DNA of 64,000 nt from IMG/VR virus record IMGVR_UViG_3300022876_000002, one strand, 5' to 3'. Each line of letters starts with the position of its first letter. Position 1 is the stretch's first letter. The notes below the pieces were generated by a model, which saw only the letters and a program-made list of their open reading frames with translations, had not been told where the DNA came from and ran no database searches. Source of the DNA: a virus. Its lineage: Duplodnaviria; Caudoviricetes. Shown here in pieces: positions 61,023-64,000 of the stretch. Made by a program: the position numbers and the translations under genes.

Positions 61023-64000
61023 TTACGGTAAGAGCTCACTCTGTTTGAGGAACACGAAGTTACCCTCAACCTGCGGCAAGCCCGTACTGACAGGAATGAT
61101 CCCGCCTTTACGGCTAGTGCTCAGTTCCAGGTCACCGATCAAGAAAGGCTGAAGCCGTTCGATGGTTAGGATCTGCGTAGCACTGGTAGTAACGGTAGCA
61201 ATGTGCATGCACCGCCCAGAGTGGCGTAGCTTGGTAGGTGTGATGACGTAACGACCTTTCTGGTCCTCCAGCGTGACGTAGATGTAGAACACCTTGTTAG
61301 CGGGACTAGGATCAATGCTCAACAGGTCGATCGTTTCACCCGGCATTTCGTAAGCAGTACCATTTATCATGATTCGGATACCGTCTTGGAAGAACAGAGT
61401 CCAGACTACGTCAGGATAAACAGTCGGCCCAATGTACCAATCAACAGTACCGTTATTGGGATCCGTACGGTGCAGTAATCGAGCCGCACCACCGGTATAG
61501 TCAAATACCGCTGGAGTAACTGTGTTGATACGCGAGTTATCCACCCCGCCAGTAAGACCCACGTCACTCATCCCAACCTTCGGGATAGGTGCGCACAGGT
61601 CCGGAACAGACCAGGATGCTTGATACGAGTAAATGTTCTCGAACTTGTTAGTTGAGATATCTACGTCAAACCGTGCAGTCTGTCTCGTGTAGATGGTCGA
61701 TGTAGTGTTGGAGGTATACGGGTTCATGATGTAGAACAACAGTTTGTTGCCATCACGGTAAATGTACACTCCGGCTTTGGCTCGTGCACCAATAAGACCT
61801 AGCAGGTTTTGTTCCGGAATACGAATGTTGAGACAGGAACTCCAAGCTGCGGTTACATCCAGTACGGTAATGTCTTTAATCCAGTGCACATCAGGATGAT
61901 CAGCATTGGGTTCTTCTACTACCGGGTGGAACAGCACAAACATCTGTCTGGAGAAAGACCGACTAGGTTCGTGGAATGCAATTACCGCAACACCCAGGTT
62001 CAGTCCCTTGAACATTCCACCGACCTCGTTGCCGAGCATGTGGAAACATACCGACCACGGAGTGTAGTTAGTGAACTGGGCTGGGATCATCGCTTGCATT
62101 TTGTCGATGAGCGCCTGACGCACACCGTAGAAACTATCCGGTTTGTAAGTAGCACGCTTGGTGCTGTCATCCAGGACCTTGCTAAAAGTCCTAGGGCAAG
62201 ACAGCAACATACCGTTGGCCGCAGGAGCCAAGAAAGCACCAGTACGCGGGTATGAATGGCCAGCACCCATACTGCTATAACCCATCGATGCTAACGAGGT
62301 GCTACCACACTCCACACCACCTGCTGTAAGTTCAGCAGCACTACCAGTAATCCCGATTGGGGTCTCGTAATAAGCCATGTTAGTCAAATACACGTCGTTG
62401 GTTAACGGACGCGACTTGATGTTATCTACGGTGGTGTTTGTTACCTGTGGCCTTACAGCGTACGGGCCAGTCACCTTACGGAAGAACGTTCTGCGGGTGT
62501 TGGTGACTGGGTCAGTTGCAGAGTAGAGTTCCCCGTCCGGTTCAAAGGTCATGCTTCCAGGGAACACACCGCTAAGCAATGGAGACCCCACCGTCTGACT
62601 AATACGTTTTTGGTACTCAATCGGGCTGAAGATAATGTCCATACGTTGCGACAGGACTTCAGCAGCACTCTTACGGTTCTCGTAAACCAACTTGGTCATA
62701 TATGCCGGGAAGTTGTTACCCCCAGACGAGGTAGCCATCAGGATTTCACCCGTACTGAGTATAACCCCGCACGATCCTGCTGCTTGTCCATAACCGTCGT
62801 AGAACTGATAATAGTGCTGACGAGTGTAGTCGTCTCGTTGAGCCTGCGTTGTGTTCTCGAAATCAGCGGTCCACGAAGGTGTACGGAACACCTCGGTTAG
62901 CACACCGGTAGCTGGGTTAAGCTCATATCCCGTACCAAGTACAGCGGACACAGTACGTGTATCCGAAGCTGTCCGATAACTGGCGTTGTTACCTTGCAGA
63001 ATGAACAAGTACTCTGACACAGAGTCATTGGGCTTCTTGCCATTCAGGAACATCGTCTTACCACCACGGTTGGTCGACAGTGGCGTTTGTGCGTAAGTGA
63101 TTGGACCCCAACGTTTAACTACACCGTTTTCCAACACTTGCTTCATTGGCTGGAAACGCTCTACCCCGGTATACTGAGTGCCCTCGTAGTCTTTATACGT
63201 TAAGAGGATTTGCTCCCATTGCAGGAGGTTATTGGCTTCTTTGAAACGCGCCACCGGGATCTTGAAGAACAAGTGGATATCTTGGTTACTGGTGCCAGGG
63301 GAAATAATCAGCACCACGTACTCACCAATCAGGTGGATGCTCATCCGATTGTCGCTGTTGGCATAGACGGACAGTACTTGCTTACCTTTAGCTAATACTG
63401 GGGCCATGTCCACTTCCGTGTAGATGTGGGCTGCTGCATCCAGTGTGCCGTTGGTCAGTGCTACAAACCAACGATCTAATTTGTCATCACCAACCATGAT
63501 AACCCGGTGGTTGCTACCACCGATTACTGACGTAGGGTTGAACCCTTTACTTAACAGTGACGGTGCGTCGTATTTAAAACCGGTATAGGTGATCTTGGGG
63601 TTATCCGACTGGAACTCGGTTACCTGTGAGTAGTACAACCCCTCGTTACGCCCATCGTTGTGCGGAGTCAGCATCATGACGATCCCGGATTTCTCCAGAC
63701 AGAAAGCCGAAGACACCGACAAAGACCCAAGGCCCTCAAAGCTACCGGAGATGTTTGGGGGAATGAACGAGTCACCACCAAACTTACTGACGGGCATTAC
63801 TCCTACGTCCATGGACATCGACGTATCTGTCAGGGTTTGCTCTACCAGGTTGTACACACCATCTGGAGTAGCCAACAGGTTAGCAGCAGTACCAGCGTTA
63901 TGGTCTGCTTGCGTACCCGTTGCATAGTTCGGGTGGTTACCCAAATCCAGATCAGCTTTAACAATAACGTGAGCGTTATTGTAGTTAGCTGCGTGGGTGT
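61023..64000 (-). CDS. putative tail fibre protein, 5'-truncated by the window edge
   Basis: frame stays open to 64000 (HAANYNNAHVIVKADLDLGNHPNY); colinear paralog of 57375..60977. Confidence 0.8.
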   Translation of the reverse strand, partial: THAANYNNAHVIVKADLDLGNHPNYATGTQADHNAGTAANLLATPDGVYNLVEQTLTDTSMSMDVGVMPVSKFGGDSFIPPNISGSFEGLGSLSVSSAFCLEKSGIVMMLTPHNDGRNEGLYYSQVTEFQSDNPKITYTGFKYDAPSLLSKGFNPTSVIGGSNHRVIMVGDDKLDRWFVALTNGTLDAAAHIYTEVDMAPVLAKGKQVLSVYANSDNRMSIHLIGEYVVLIISPGTSNQDIHLFFKIPVARFKEANNLLQWEQILLTYKDYEGTQYTGVERFQPMKQVLENGVVKRWGPITYAQTPLSTNRGGKTMFLNGKKPNDSVSEYLFILQGNNASYRTASDTRTVSAVLGTGYELNPATGVLTEVFRTPSWTADFENTTQAQRDDYTRQHYYQFYDGYGQAAGSCGVILSTGEILMATSSGGNNFPAYMTKLVYENRKSAAEVLSQRMDIIFSPIEYQKRISQTVGSPLLSGVFPGSMTFEPDGELYSATDPVTNTRRTFFRKVTGPYAVRPQVTNTTVDNIKSRPLTNDVYLTNMAYYETPIGITGSAAELTAGGVECGSTSLASMGYSSMGAGHSYPRTGAFLAPAANGMLLSCPRTFSKVLDDSTKRATYKPDSFYGVRQALIDKMQAMIPAQFTNYTPWSVCFHMLGNEVGGMFKGLNLGVAVIAFHEPSRSFSRQMFVLFHPVVEEPNADHPDVHWIKDITVLDVTAAWSSCLNIRIPEQNLLGLIGARAKAGVYIYRDGNKLLFYIMNPYTSNTTSTIYTRQTARFDVDISTNKFENIYSYQASWSVPDLCAPIPKVGMSDVGLTGGVDNSRINTVTPAVFDYTGGAARLLHRTDPNNGTVDWYIGPTVYPDVVWTLFFQDGIRIMINGTAYEMPGETIDLLSIDPSPANKVFYIYVTLEDQKGRYVITPTKLRHSGRCMHIATVTTSATQILTIERLQPFLIGDLELSTSRKGGIIPVSTGLPQVEGNFVFLKQSELLP

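Noticed and set aside
1-64000. tRNA, rRNA, introns or inteins
   Set aside because: No cloverleaf or T-loop signature was noticed. The ligase, RNase H, SbcC and groEL ORFs are uninterrupted and of normal length. tRNAscan-SE or Infernal would be needed to exclude them fully.

Overview
The window is a gene-dense segment of a phiKZ/EL-like (Chimalliviridae-type) jumbo phage, read almost entirely on the minus strand. The assignment is by recognition of protein families, not by a database search. Recognisable core genes are a phage GroEL-like chaperonin (5101-6777), RNase HI, an NAD-dependent DNA ligase, an SbcC/SMC-like ATPase, a baseplate central spike and three paralogous giant tail-fibre-like proteins. 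About 45 kb is an early/accessory region. It is driven by seven copies of a CTAYATTACT-nnnGTGTAT early-promoter-like motif and punctuated by long CCTAC/GTAGG-rich palindromes. It holds candidate host-modifying enzymes: four tandem GNAT acetyltransferases, an ADP-ribosyltransferase-like protein, two degenerate nucleotidyltransferases, a Ser/Thr phosphatase, an Acb1-like 2H phosphodiesterase and a DHH phosphoesterase. Several paralog families have no name I can assign. The two most striking are (1) a ~35-aa [VIL]-[NS]-x-x-W-h-x-W-Y helical module grafted onto about 15 otherwise unrelated ORFs and (2) six single-pass membrane proteins with a C-x-G-x-Y-x-T-x-x-C loop inside an operon made only of membrane proteins. 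No tRNA, rRNA, CRISPR array or IS element was seen.
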